DNA from: Nemertoderma westbladi
Taxonomy: Eukaryota; Animalia; Xenacoelomorpha
Direction: 5' to 3'
NCBI GenBank assembly: GCA_032718475.1
Contig: JAUCBJ010007966.1
Coordinates: 1-64,000 of the forward strand
DNA: 64,000 bases
Under the pieces are notes generated by a model that had not been told where the DNA came from, searched no databases, and was given only the letters and a program-made list of their open reading frames with translations. The position numbers were made by a program, and so were the translations under genes. Each line of letters starts with the position of its first letter. Positions within the stretch are counted from its first letter, which is position 1. Shown here one piece after another: positions 15,001 to 27,060 of the stretch.

Positions 15001-18000
15001 ATCTTCCTCTGACTCCAGGGATACCCCTAACCTCCCTACTACCTTCCTCTGACTCCAGGGATACCCCTAACCTCCCTACCATTATCTTCCTCTGACTCCA
15101 GGGATACACCTAACCTCCCTACCCATTACCTTCCTCCCCTAACCTCCCTACTACCTTCCTCTGACTCCAGGGATACCCTTTACCTCCCTACTACCTTCCT
15201 CTGACTCCAGGGATACCCCTAACCTCCCTACCCATTACCTTCCTCCCCTAACCTCCCCACCATTATCTTCCTCTGACTCCAGGGATACCCCTAACCTTCC
15301 TACCCATTACCTTCCTCTGACTCCAGGGATACCCCTAACCTCCCTACTACCTTCCTCTGACTCCAGGGATACCCCTAACCTCCCTACCATTATCTTCCTC
15401 TGATTCCAGGGATACCCATAACCTCCCTACCATTATCTTCCTCTGACTCCAGGGATACCCCTAACCTCCCTACTACCTTCGTCTGACTCCAGGGATACCC
15501 CTAACCTCCCTACCATTATCTTCCTCTGACTCCAGGGATTCCCCTAACCTCTCTACCCATTACCTTCCTCCCCTAACCTCCCTACTACCTTCCTCTGACT
15601 CCAGGGATACCCTTTACCTCCCTACCCATTACCTTCCTCCCCTAACCTCCCCACCATTACCTTCCTCTGACTCCAGGGATACCCCTAATCTCCCTACCCA
15701 TTACCTTCCTCCCCTAACCTCCCTACTACCTTCCTCTGACTCCAGGGATACCCCTAACCTCCCTACTACCTTCCTCTGACTCCAGGGATACCCCTAACCT
15801 CTCTACCCATTACCTTCCTCCCCTAGCCTCCCTACTACCTTCCTCTGACTCCAGGGATACCCCTAACCTCCCTACTACCTTCCTCTGACTCCAGGGATAC
15901 CCCTAACCTCTCTACACATTACCTTCCTCCCCTAGCCTCCCTACTACCTTCCTCTGACTTCAGGGATACCCCTAACCTCCCTACTACCTTCCTCTGACTC
16001 CAGGGATACCCCTAACCTCCCTACCATTACCTTCCTCTGACTCCAGGGATACCCCTAACCTCTCTACCATTACCTTCCTCTGACTCCAGGGATACCCCTA
16101 ACCTCTCTACCCATTACCTTCCCCCCCTAACCTCCCTACTACCTTCCTCTGACTCCAGGGATACCCCTAACCTCTCTACCATTACCTTCCTCTGACTCCA
16201 GGGATACCCCTAACCTCTCTACCCATTACCTTCCCCCCCTAACCTCCCTACTACCTTCCTCTGACTCCAGGGATACCCCTAACCTCTCTACCATTACCTT
16301 CCTCTGACTCCATGGATACCCCTAACCTCTCTACCCATTACCTTCCCCCCCTAACCTCCCTACTACCTTCCTCTGACTCCAGGGATACCCATAACCTCCC
16401 TACTACCTTCCTCTGACTCCAGGGATACCCCTAACCTTCCTACCCATTACCTTCCTCCCCTAACCTCCCTACCCATTTCCCTCCTCCCCTAACCTCCCTA
16501 CCGTTACCTTCCTCCCCTAACCTCCCTACCATTATCTTCCTCTGACTCCAGGGATACCCCTAACCTCCCTACTACCTTCCTCTGACTCCAGGGATACCCA
16601 TAACCTCCCTACCCATTACCTTCCTCCCCTAACCTCCCTACCCATTTCCCTCCTCCCCTAACCTCCCTACCGTTACCTTCCTCCCCTAACCTCCCTACCA
16701 TTATCTTCCTCTGACTCCAGGGATACCCCTAACCTTCCTACCATTATCTTCCTCTGACTCCAGGGATACCCCTAACCTCCCTACCGTTACCTTCCTCCCC
16801 TAACCTCCCTACCATTATCTTCCTCTGACTCCAGGGATACCCCTAACCTCTCTACCATTACCTTCCTCTGACTCCAGGGATACCCCTAACCTCTCTACCC
16901 ATTACCTTCCCCCCCTAACCTCCCTACTACCTTCCTCTGACTCCAGGGATACCCATAACCTCCCTACTACCTTCCTCTGACTCCAGGGATACCCCTAACC
17001 TCCCCCCATTACCTTCCTCCCCTAACCTCCCTACCATTACCTTCCTCTGACTCCAGGGATACCCATAACCTCCCTACCATTATCTTCCTCTGACTCCAGG
17101 GATACCCCTAACCTCCCTACCATTATCTTCCTCTGACTCCAGGGATACCCCTAACCTCCCTACTACCTTCCTCTGACTCCAGGGATACCCATAACCTCCC
17201 TACCATTATCTTCCTCTGACTCCAGGGATACCCCTAACCTCCCTACCATTATCTTCCTCTGACTCCAGGGATACCCATAACCTCCCTACCATTATCTTCC
17301 TCTGACTCCAGGGATACCCCTAACCTCCCTACTACCTTCCTCTGACTCCAGGGATACCCCTAACCTCCCTACCATTATCTTCCTCTGACTCCAGGGATAC
17401 CCCTAACCTCCCTACTACCTTCCTCTGACTCCAGGGATACCCCTAACCTCCCTACTACCTTCCTCTGACTCCAGGGATACCCATAACCTCCCTACCATTA
17501 TCTTCCTCTGACTCCAGGGATACCCCTAACCTCCCTACTACCTTCCTCTGACTCCAGGGATACCACTAACCTCCCTACCCATTACCTTCCTCCCCTAACC
17601 TCCCTACTACCTTCCTCTGACTCCAGGGATACCCATAACCTCCCTACCCATTACCTTCCTCCCCTAACCTCCCTACTACCTTCCTCTGACTCCAGGGATA
17701 CCCCTAACCTCCCTACCATTATCTTCCTCTGACTCCAGGGATACCCCTAACCTCCCTACTACCTTCCTCTGACTCCAGGGATACCCCTAACCTCCCTACC
17801 CATTACCTTCCTCCCCTAACCTCCCTACTACCTTCCTCTGACTCCAGGGATACCCATAACCTCCCTACCATTACCTTCCCCCCCTAACCTCCCTACTACC
17901 TTCCTCTGACTCCAGGGATACCCCTAACCTCTCTACCATTACCTTCCTCTGACTCCAGGGATACCCCTAACCTCCCTACTACCTTCCTCTGACTCCAGGG

Positions 18001-21000
18001 ATACCCCTAACCTCTCTACCCATTACCTTCCTCCCCTAACCTCCCTACTACCTTCCTCTGACTCCAGGGATACCCTTTACCTCCCTACCCATTACCTTCC
18101 TCCCCTAACCTCCCCACCATTACCTTCCTCTGACTCCAGGGATACCCCTAATCTCCCTACCCATTACCTTCCTCCCCTAACCTCCCTACTACCTTCCTCT
18201 GACTCCAGGGATACCCCTAACCTCCCTACTACCTTCCTCTGACTCCAGGGATACCCCTAACCTCTCTACCCATTACCTTCCTCTGACTCCAGGGATACCC
18301 CTAACCTCCCTACCATTGTCTTCCTCTGACTCCAGGGATACCCCTAACCTCCCTACTACCTTCCTCTGACTCCAGGGATACCCCTAACCTCCCTACTACC
18401 TTCCGCTGACTCCAGGGATACCCCTAACCACCCTACTACCTTCCTCTGACTCCAGCGATACCCCTAACCTCCCTACTACCTTCCTCTGACTCCAGGGATA
18501 CCCCTAACCTCCCTACCCATTACCTTCCTCCCCTAACCTCCCTACCATTATCTTCCTCTGACTCCAGGGATACCCCTAACCTTCCTACCCATTACCTTCC
18601 TCTGAGTCCAGGGATACCCCTAACCTCCCTACTACCTTCCTCTGACTCCAGGGATACCCCTAACCTCCCTACCATTATCTTCCTCTGATTCCAGGGATAC
18701 CCATAACCTCCCTACCATTATCTTCCTCTGACTCCAGGGATACCCCTAACCTCCCTACTACCTTCCTCTGACTCCAGGGATACCCCTAACCTCCCTACCA
18801 TTATCTTCCTCTGACTCCAGGGATACACCTAACCTCCCTACCCATTACCTTCCTCCCCTAACCTCCCTACTACCTTCCTCTGACTCCAGGGATACCCTTT
18901 ACCTCCCTACTACCTTCCTCTGACTCCAGGGATACCCCTAACCTCCCTACCCATTACCTTCCTCCCCTAACCTCCCCACCATTATCTTCCTCTGACTCCA
19001 GGGATACCCCTAACCTTCCTACCCATTACCTTCCTCTGACTCCAGGGATACCCCTAACCTCCCTACTACCTTCCTCTGACTCCAGGGATACCCCTAACCT
19101 CCCTACCATTATCTTCCTCTGATTCCAGGGATACCCATAACCTCCCTACCATTATCTTCCTCTGACTCCAGGGATACCCCTAACCTCCCTACTACCTTCG
19201 TCTGACTCCAGGGATACCCCTAACCTCCCTACCATTATCTTCCTCTGACTCCAGGGATTCCCCTAACCTCTCTACCCATTACCTTCCTCCCCTAACCTCC
19301 CTACTACCTTCCTCTGACTCCAGGGATACCCTTTACCTCCCTACCCATTACCTTCCTCCCCTAACCTCCCCACCATTACCTTCCTCTGACTCCAGGGATA
19401 CCCCTAATCTCCCTACCCATTACCTTCCTCCCCTAACCTCCCTACTACCTTCCTCTGACTCCAGGGATACCCCTAACCTCCCTACTACCTTCCTCTGACT
19501 CCAGGGATACCCCTAACCTCTCTACCCATTACCTTCCTCCCCTAGCCTCCCTACTACCTTCCTCTGACTCCAGGGATACCCCTAACCTCCCTACTACCTT
19601 CCTCTGACTCCAGGGATACCCCTAACCTCTCTACACATTACCTTCCTCCCCTAGCCTCCCTACTACCTTCCTCTGACTCCAGGGATACCCCTAACCTCCC
19701 TACTACCTTCCTCTGACTCCAGGGATACCCCTAACCTCCCTACCATTACCTTCCTCTGACTCCAGGGATACCCCTAACCTCTCTACCATTACCTTCCTCT
19801 GACTCCAGGGATACCCCTAACCTCTCTACCCATTACCTTCCCCCCCTAACCTCCCTACTACCTTCCTCTGACTCCAGGGATACCCCTAACCTCTCTACCA
19901 TTACCTTCCTCTGACTCCAGGGATACCCCTAACCTCTCTACCCATTACCTTCCCCCCCTAACCTCCCTACTACCTTCCTCTGACTCCAGGGATACCCCTA
20001 ACCTCTCTACCATTACCTTCCTCTGACTCCATGGATACCCCTAACCTCTCTACCCATTACCTTCCCCCCTAACCTCCCTACTACCTTCCTCTGACTCCAG
20101 GGATACCCATAACCTCCCTACTACCTTCCTCTGACTCCAGGGATACCCCTAACCTTCCTACCCATTACCTTCCTCCCCTAACCTCCCTACCCATTTCCCT
20201 CCTCCCCTAACCTCCCTACCGTTACCTTCCTCCCCTAACCTCCCTACCATTATCTTCCTCTGACTCCAGGGATACCCCTAACCTCCCTACTACCTTCCTC
20301 TGACTCCAGGGATACCCATAACCTCCCTACCCATTACCTTCCTCCCCTAACCTCCCTACCCATTTCCCTCCTCCCCTAACCTCCCTACCGTTACCTTCCT
20401 CCCCTAACCTCCCTACCATTATCTTCCTCTGACTCCAGGGATACCCCTAACCTTCCTACCATTATCTTCCTCTGACTCCAGGGATACCCCTAACCTCCCT
20501 ACCGTTACCTTCCTCCCCTAACCTCCCTACCATTATCTTCCTCTGACTCCAGGGATACCCCTAACCTCTCTACCATTACCTTCCTCTGACTCCAGGGATA
20601 CCCCTAACCTCTCTACCCATTACCTTCCCCCCCTAACCTCCCTACTACCTTCCTCTGACTCCAGGGATACCCATAACCTCCCTACTACCTTCCTCTGACT
20701 CCAGGGATACCCCTAACCTCCCCCCATTACCTTCCTCCCCTAACCTCCCTACCATTACCTTCCTCTGACTCCAGGGATACCCATAACCTCCCTACCATTA
20801 TCTTCCTCTGACTCCAGGGATACCCCTAACCTCCCTACCATTATCTTCCTCTGACTCCAGGGATACCCCTAACCTCCCTACTACCTTCCTCTGACTCCAG
20901 GGATACCCATAACCTCCCTACCATTATCTTCCTCTGACTCCAGGGATACCCCTAACCTCCCTACCATTATCTTCCTCTGACTCCAGGGATACCCATAACC

Positions 21001-23671
21001 TCCCTACCATTATCTTCCTCTGACTCCAGGGATACCCCTAACCTCCCTACTACCTTCCTCTGACTCCAGGGATACCCCTAACCTCCCTACCATTATCTTC
21101 CTCTGACTCCAGGGATACCCCTAACCTCCCTACTACCTTCCTCTGACTCCAGGGATACCCCTAACCTCCCTACTACCTTCCTCTGACTCCAGGGATACCC
21201 ATAACCTCCCTACCATTATCTTCCTCTGACTCCAGGGATACCCCTAACCTCCCTACTACCTTCCTCTGACTCCAGGGATACCACTAACCTCCCTACCCAT
21301 TACCTTCCTCCCCTAACCTCCCTACTACCTTCCTCTGACTCCAGGGATACCCATAACCTCCCTACCCATTACCTTCCTCCCCTAACCTCCCTACTACCTT
21401 CCTCTGACTCCAGGGATACCCCTAACCTCCCTACCATTATCTTCCTCTGACTCCAGGGATACCCCTAACCTCCCTACTACCTTCCTCTGACTCCAGGGAT
21501 ACCCCTAACCTCCCTACCCATTACCTTCCTCCCCTAACCTCCCTACTACCTTCCTCTGACTCCAGGGATACCCATAACCTCCCTACCATTACCTTCCCCC
21601 CCTAACCTCCCTACTACCTTCCTCTGACTCCAGGGATACCCCTAACCTCTCTACCATTACCTTCCTCTGACTCCAGGGATACCCCTAACCTCCCTACTAC
21701 CTTCCTCTGACTCCAGGGATACCCCTAACCTCTCTACCCATTACCTTCCCCCCCTAACCTCCCTACTACCTTCCTCTGACTCCAGGGATACCCTTTACCT
21801 CCCTACCCATTACCTTCCTCCCCTAACCTCCCTACCTTACCTTCCTCTGCCTCCAGGGATACCCCTAATCTCCCTACCCATTACCTCCCTCCTCCCCTAA
21901 CCTCCCTTACTACCTTCCTCTGACTCCAGGGATACCCCTAACCTCCCTACTACCTTCCTCTGACTCCAGGGATACCCCTAACCTCCCTACCCATTACCTT
22001 CCCCCCCTAACCTTCCTACTACCTTCCTCTGACTCCAGGGATACCCCTAACCTCCCTACTACCTTCCTCTGACTCCAGGGATACCCCTAAGCTCCCTACT
22101 ACCTTCCTCTGACTCCAGGGATACCCCTAACCTCCCTACCCATTATCTTCCTCCCCTAACCTCCCTACTACCTTCCTCTGACTCCAAGGATACCCATAAC
22201 CTCCCTACTACCTTCCTCTGCCTCCAGGGATACCCATAACCTCCCTACCCATTACCTTCCCCCCCTAACCTCCCTACTACCTTCCTCTGACTCCAGGGAT
22301 ACCCCTAACCTCTCTACCATTACCTTCCTCTGACTCCAGGGATACCCATAACCTCCCCACCCATTACCTTCCCCCCTAACCTCCCTACTACCTTCCTCTG
22401 ACTCCAGGGATACCCCTAACCTCTCTACCATTACCTTCCTCTGACTCCAGGGATACCCCTAACCTCCCTACTACCTTCCTCTGACTCCAGGGATACCCCT
22501 AACCTCTCTACCCATTACCTTCCCCCCCTAACCTCCCTACTACCTTCCTCTGACTCCAGGGATACCCCTAACCTCTCTACCATTATCTTCCTCTGACTCC
22601 AGGGATACCCCTAACCTCCCTACTACCTTCCTCTGCCTCCAGGGATACCCATAACCTCCCTACCCATTACCTTCCCCCCCTAACCTCCCTACTACCTTCC
22701 TCTGACTCCAGGGATACCCCTAACCTCCCTACTACCTTCCTCTGACTCCAGGGATACCCCTAACCTCCCTACTACCTTCCTCTGACTCCAGGGATACCCC
22801 TAACCTCCCTACCCATTACCTTCCCCCCCTAACCTCCCTACTACCTTCCTCTGACTCCAGGGATACCCCTAACCTCCCTACTACCTTCCTCTGACTCCAG
22901 GGATACCCCTAACCTCCCTACTACCTTCCTCTGACTCCAGGGATACCCATAACCTCCCTACCCATTACCTTCCCCCCTAACCTCCCTACTACCTTCCTCT
23001 GACTCCAGGGATACCCCTAACCTCCCTACTACCTTCCTCTGCCTCCAGGGATACCCATAACCTCCCTACCCATTACCTTCCCCCCCTAACCTCCCTACTA
23101 CCTTCCTCTGACTCCAGGGATACCCCTAACCTCCCTACTACCTTCCTCTGACTCCAGGGATACCCCTAACCTCCCTACTACCTTCCTCTGACTCCAGGGA
23201 TACCCATAACCTCCCTACCCATTACCTTCCCCCCCTAACCTCCCTACTACCTTCCTCTGACTCCAGGGATACCCCTAACCTCCCTACTACCTTCCTCTGA
23301 CTCCAGGGATACCCCTAACCTCCCTACTACCTTCCTCTGACTCCAGGGATACCCCTAACCTCCCTACCCATTACCTTCCCCCCTAACCTCCCTACTACCT
23401 TCCTCTGACTCCAAGGATACCCCTAACCTCTCTACCATTACCTTCCTCTGACTCCAGGGATACCCCTAACCTCCCTACTACCTTCCTCTGACTCCAGGGA
23501 TACCCCTAACCTCTCTACCATTATCTTCCTCTGACTCCATGGATACCCCTAACCTCCCTACTACCTTCCTATGACACCAGGGATCCCCCTCCCTATCATT
23601 ACCTTCCTCTGACTCCAGGGATACCCCTAACCTCCCTATCATTATTACCTTCCTCTGACTCCAGGGATACC
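1..23671. repeat. Composite satellite of 40, 43/44 and ~28-29 bp monomers (core CCCCTAACCTCCCTACTACCTTCCTCTGACTCCAGGGATA), intronic to the MATCAP-like gene and open at the left edge
   Basis: Monomers are directly visible throughout. The array ends at ...CCAGGGATACC (23671), where unique coding sequence begins. About 600 units, estimated from length divided by unit size. Confidence 0.98.
6006..6292 (+). mobile_element. tRNA-derived SINE inserted in the satellite
   Basis: A-box TGGTGTAGTGG (6022-6032), B-box GGTTCAATCC (6065-6074), (TTTAC)n-like tail at 6273-6292 and a short TACC duplication on the flanks. The central CTCTGCCTTGCATCCTT...TAAATGAGTAC resembles, from memory, the conserved Nin/Deu-type SINE core. 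Confidence 0.85.
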
Positions 23672-23866
23672 AAGCTTCCAGGTTTCCTTATCCCAAACTT
23701 CCCTCGATCAGCGAACCACGCCTGGTGTCCGTCGTTGATGAACCTCATAAAATGTGTCCCGATTTCGTGATCGGCTAAGCAGATTATTCCATGTTCCCTT
23801 AGGTAGGGGTTGCTGTTGGAATCTTTGATAAAGAAAGTAAACTTTCTTGTCTCTGGCCGATTTTGT
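23649..23866 (-). CDS. MATCAP: MATCAP/KIAA0895-like (DUF1704) metallocarboxypeptidase, catalytic exon
   Basis: Acceptor TATTGCAG|A and donor GAAG|GTAATA. Encodes QNRPETRKFTFF...CLADHEIGTHFMRFINDGHQAWFADRGKFGIRKPGSLVSLESEEG, matching the family pattern HEIGTH..R..N...Q.W......G......EEG. Confidence 0.88.
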
Positions 23867-24309
23867 CTGCAATACAAATGTAATCTAATATAAAGTATAT
23901 TTTTTAGTTAAACCAGACGACTACTGAATCTGCAAAATAGATTTTCCAAGTCGTTTTCGCAACGAATTAAAAAAATATAATGATCCTTTTGTGATCATCG
24001 ACATACTATTATATTATAGTAGGTCATGGTATGATTCGTTGATTCGCAAATATTAATGTAAATTTCAAAATAAAAAACATAACAAGACAAGTTTTGTTTT
24101 AATTTAATCCGAAATAATTCATTCGTAATTTTAGACCTAAAAAATTTATGTACAAATTAATACAAATGTATGGAAATCTAAGTTAATGAAAAGACAAAAG
24201 GCGTTCCACCTTAATTGTGGATGCTGATTTTAATGACATTGACTCGCTGCTGTTCGTTTTCCTTCATAGATAGAGGGATTTTTCTTCTAAACCGTGCCAC
24301 GTTACTTGC

Positions 24310-24491
24310 CTGCAATGAGGTCCGTTAGCCACCATTTTAGCAGCAGCGGATAAATGATGAGCCCAAACAATCTTTAATTTACCACCTAGACCGTGATTGT
24401 CAATGTATTTGCTAAGTTTGTCGGTGGCTTCCTCTTTAGAGATACGTTTTCCCCACGAACAGGCTAGGTATGTTTCTCCACAACCAAAATC
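24310..24491 (-). CDS. MATCAP: MATCAP-like exon with GC donor
   Basis: Acceptor GGCAG|GAT. Open frame DFGCGETYLACSWGKRISKEEATDKLSKYIDNHGLGGKLKIVWAHHLSAAAKMVANGPHC. Donor AG|GCAAGT is phase 2 and matches the next exon. Confidence 0.82.
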
Positions 24492-24562
24492 CTGCCGCTC
24501 AAACAGTAAAATACATAAATACTTAATAACTTACAATAAACTGATTAACATTCACTGGCTGT

Positions 24563-25217
24563 ATGGCATCTCATTAGGCTCAAAATCCAATATTTCACTC
24601 TTTAATATTAATATTGCGAGTAATATCAATAATATTAGATCACCGTGCAGTATTATTACACTTTAATTCAATATATATTGAATATTCAATAATTAACAGA
24701 AATTCAATCAATATTGTGCAAATATTAATTCAATATATAAACATATTGAATCAATATTCGCACATATTAAATAAATATGCTGACATGTTGGCAACATATT
24801 GAATCAATATTCGCACATATTGAATCAATATGTTGACATGTTGGCAACATATTGAATCAATATTCGCACATATTGAATCAATATGTTGACATGTTAGCAA
24901 CATATTGATTCAATATTTGCGAATATTGATTCAATACTGTATTTGCGAATATAGATTCAATATGTTGCCAACATGTCAACATATTGATTCAATATGTGCG
25001 AATATTGATTCAATAATTGAGAATATTAATTCAATATGTTTGTATATTCAATTAATATTTGCTCAAATATTTGCTCTTTTCTGTTAATTATTGAATATTC
25101 AATATATATTGAATTAATGTGTAATAATATTGCACGATGATGTAATATTATGGATATTACTCACAATATTGATATTGAAGAGTTAAATATTGGATTTTGA
25201 GCCTAATCAGATGCCAT
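24563..25217. mobile_element. Foldback/MITE-like palindromic non-autonomous DNA transposon in a MATCAP intron
   Basis: Ends ATGGCATCTCATTAGGCTCAAAATCCAATATTT... and ...AAATATTGGATTTTGAGCCTAATCAGATGCCAT are inverted, and the symmetry runs almost to the centre. Internal ~55-bp subrepeats. Flanked by direct repeat ACTGGCTGT (24554-24562, 25218-25226). Confidence 0.9.
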
Positions 25218-25434
25218 ACTGGCTGTGCCATAAAAATATAATCATAAACATCAGTGATATAAGAACATTTAGCTGCAAGAATATTAATATAAAAAAGGGT
25301 GCTAGCCAAGTTTAATAATAATTATCGGTTATGACAATGCCATAAAATGTAAATAGAACAAAATCGGTAGGTCTATCTGGACCTTCGGTCCCATGTTACA
25401 AATATCCAAAACTACTACTACAATTATTGATCAC

Positions 25435-25571
25435 CTCAACAACTTTATCTAGAATCTGTTTGGCTTCTGTGATAAGTTCGTAGGAAACGGTACTCTTTTC
25501 TTTATGAGTGGTTGAATCGCCCCGTATAGAATCATCAACTACTTTTGGTAGTAATATCGTTGGTATGTAAC
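25435..25571 (-). CDS. MATCAP: MATCAP-like exon
   Basis: TTTTAG|GT...GAG|GTGATC. Encodes (G)YIPTILLP...VSYELITEAKQILDKVVE. Phases 1 and 0 match both neighbours, and it resembles the family helix upstream of the catalytic core. Confidence 0.78.
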
Positions 25572-25678
25572 CTAAAATATACAACAAACAGCAGAAAATA
25601 ATTACTTTTTTTTCTCGCTATTTCCCTCGGTTTCTATTCCATGATTTTGTGCCTTTCCGAGCCTTTCCCTTATCCTAC

Positions 25679-25819
25679 CTGTTGACATAAACTTTATCTT
25701 TGCTTCTTCTAACTTCAGGGAGGTCTGTGACGGCTTGTAATGTTTCACTTCCGTCTTGTAGAATCTGTCGCCGACATGTTTCGTTGAAGGGCCAGACGAC
25801 GTTGAGGTGTTACATTCAT
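25679..25819 (-). CDS. MATCAP: MATCAP-like exon
   Basis: TTGCAG|AT...ACAG|GTAGGA. Encodes (D)ECNTST...YKPSQTSLKLEEAKIKFMST, phase 1/1, with a 107-nt intron to the next exon. Confidence 0.72.
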
Positions 25820-25827
25820 CTGCAATT

Positions 25828-26000
25828 GGAAGACCAAAATTATGACAGCGCAGCTTGACAGCCTTCAAGAAATGTCTGATCGTAAGGCCATAAGCTCCAG
25901 GGATGGTTTGCTTGAGCACTTGGATGACTTCTGCTACTTGGGATCATGGATCCGAAAGTCAGGTGAAGTCGGATACGTAAGGGGGAGGCATGGACAGACC
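25828..26000 (+). mobile_element. RTE-clade LINE fragment
   Basis: Translation AISSRDGLLEHLDDFCYLGSWIRKSGE aligns by eye with SISSKDGMVEHVDDFC-LGSWIWKSGE of the RTE copy at 49022-50265. Confidence 0.8.
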
Positions 26001-26013
26001 TTCGACCTTAGAC

Positions 26014-26172
26014 CTTGTACCATCCTGCATCTGACTATATAAGATTTATCGTGTTCTCTTTTTGCACTTTTATCCTGTTCTTGCACATAATTTCGAAAAT
26101 GTCTCAAAAGTTTCCAGGACTTGGAATTGACTACCGTACCTTTCCCATTAGCCCTACTATTGAGCTTTTTCC
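26014..26172 (-). CDS. Candidate upstream exon of the MATCAP-like gene
   Basis: CCGTAG|GG...CAAG|GTCTAA, 159 nt, open frame (KKLNSRANGKGTVVNSKSWKLLRHFRNYVQEQDK...), phase 1/1 compatible. The donor is weak and no homology was recognised. Confidence 0.4.
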
Positions 26173-26689
26173 CTACGGTGGAACAACACCTGTGTTGTGT
26201 AGGTTAGCATTAATCCAAGGTGGGTCTGACTGACGTGTTTTAATTTCTCTACGTTTAAATAAATTGTGTTCTACCGTCGCTAAGTACCCGGGTAAGTTCA
26301 TTTGGGTTGTTCTTTATATTATCATTCTTTATTTGAATCCACATCAAAGTTACTGTAACCATGTCAATCAGCAGTTTTATACTCTAGGTAGAACAACTGC
26401 GTGCGCGAATGTAAAGGTGGTCTTTTTATATGAAAATTGAATATTATAGCTAAGGTTGGGCAGTGATCTGAAACCTCCCTAACAGGTTACCGAAAAACAA
26501 TTATTTGGTATTTCAGAGAAAGATAAGCATGGATGAAGATCAGAACCAATAAGATCTAAACAGGAACCACACGCCGGTCTAGTAATTTGATTACTAAGTT
26601 GTTTTATATTTAGGGCGTAGCAGAACTGTTGTATAATTAGTGGAGCTGTATTTAGACAATCAGTATTAAACCCTCCAGGTTCGATTATT

Positions 26690-27060
26690 TATGGCAGTAG
26701 TATTACCAGTACTCTAATATGTGAGTCCATGCTGGGCTCTAACTGCAGAGGATGCCAAATATCTGTATGGCACTTTCACAAGAATGCTGAGACGGGTTCA
26801 TTTTGTCAAGTACAATGAACACATCTCCAATTAGAATCTATACAAATTGGAGGTGTCTCATTAGTCTCCCCTAGCTTGATACTTGAGCGGAACAGCCTCC
26901 GCTTTGTAGGATATTGCTTTCGCCGTGAGGACCAGCCAGAGCACAATCCTGTGCTTCATGGCGGCCTCATGCTGTGAATAAGCATGGTGGGCAGCCCATG
27001 ACTATCTTGAGACGCACCTTAAAGGGCACTGACCTTGAATATGCGGATGATCTAGCAACT
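26690..27060 (+). mobile_element. RTE-clade LINE fragment (3' part, degenerate)
   Basis: GAGTCCATGCTGGGCTCTAACTGCAGAGGA...GATGATCTAGCAA is the reverse complement of sequence in the RTE copies at 37871-38668 and 49022-50265. Confidence 0.85.

Noticed and set aside
1-23671. True telomere or CRISPR array
   Set aside because: CCCTAA occurs once per 28-44 bp unit rather than as a pure hexamer tract. There are no unique spacers or cas genes, and the unit derives from an exon junction.
25572-25605. 34-nt micro-intron in the MATCAP-like gene
   Set aside because: Phase mismatch. The donor at 25678 gives the correct frame.
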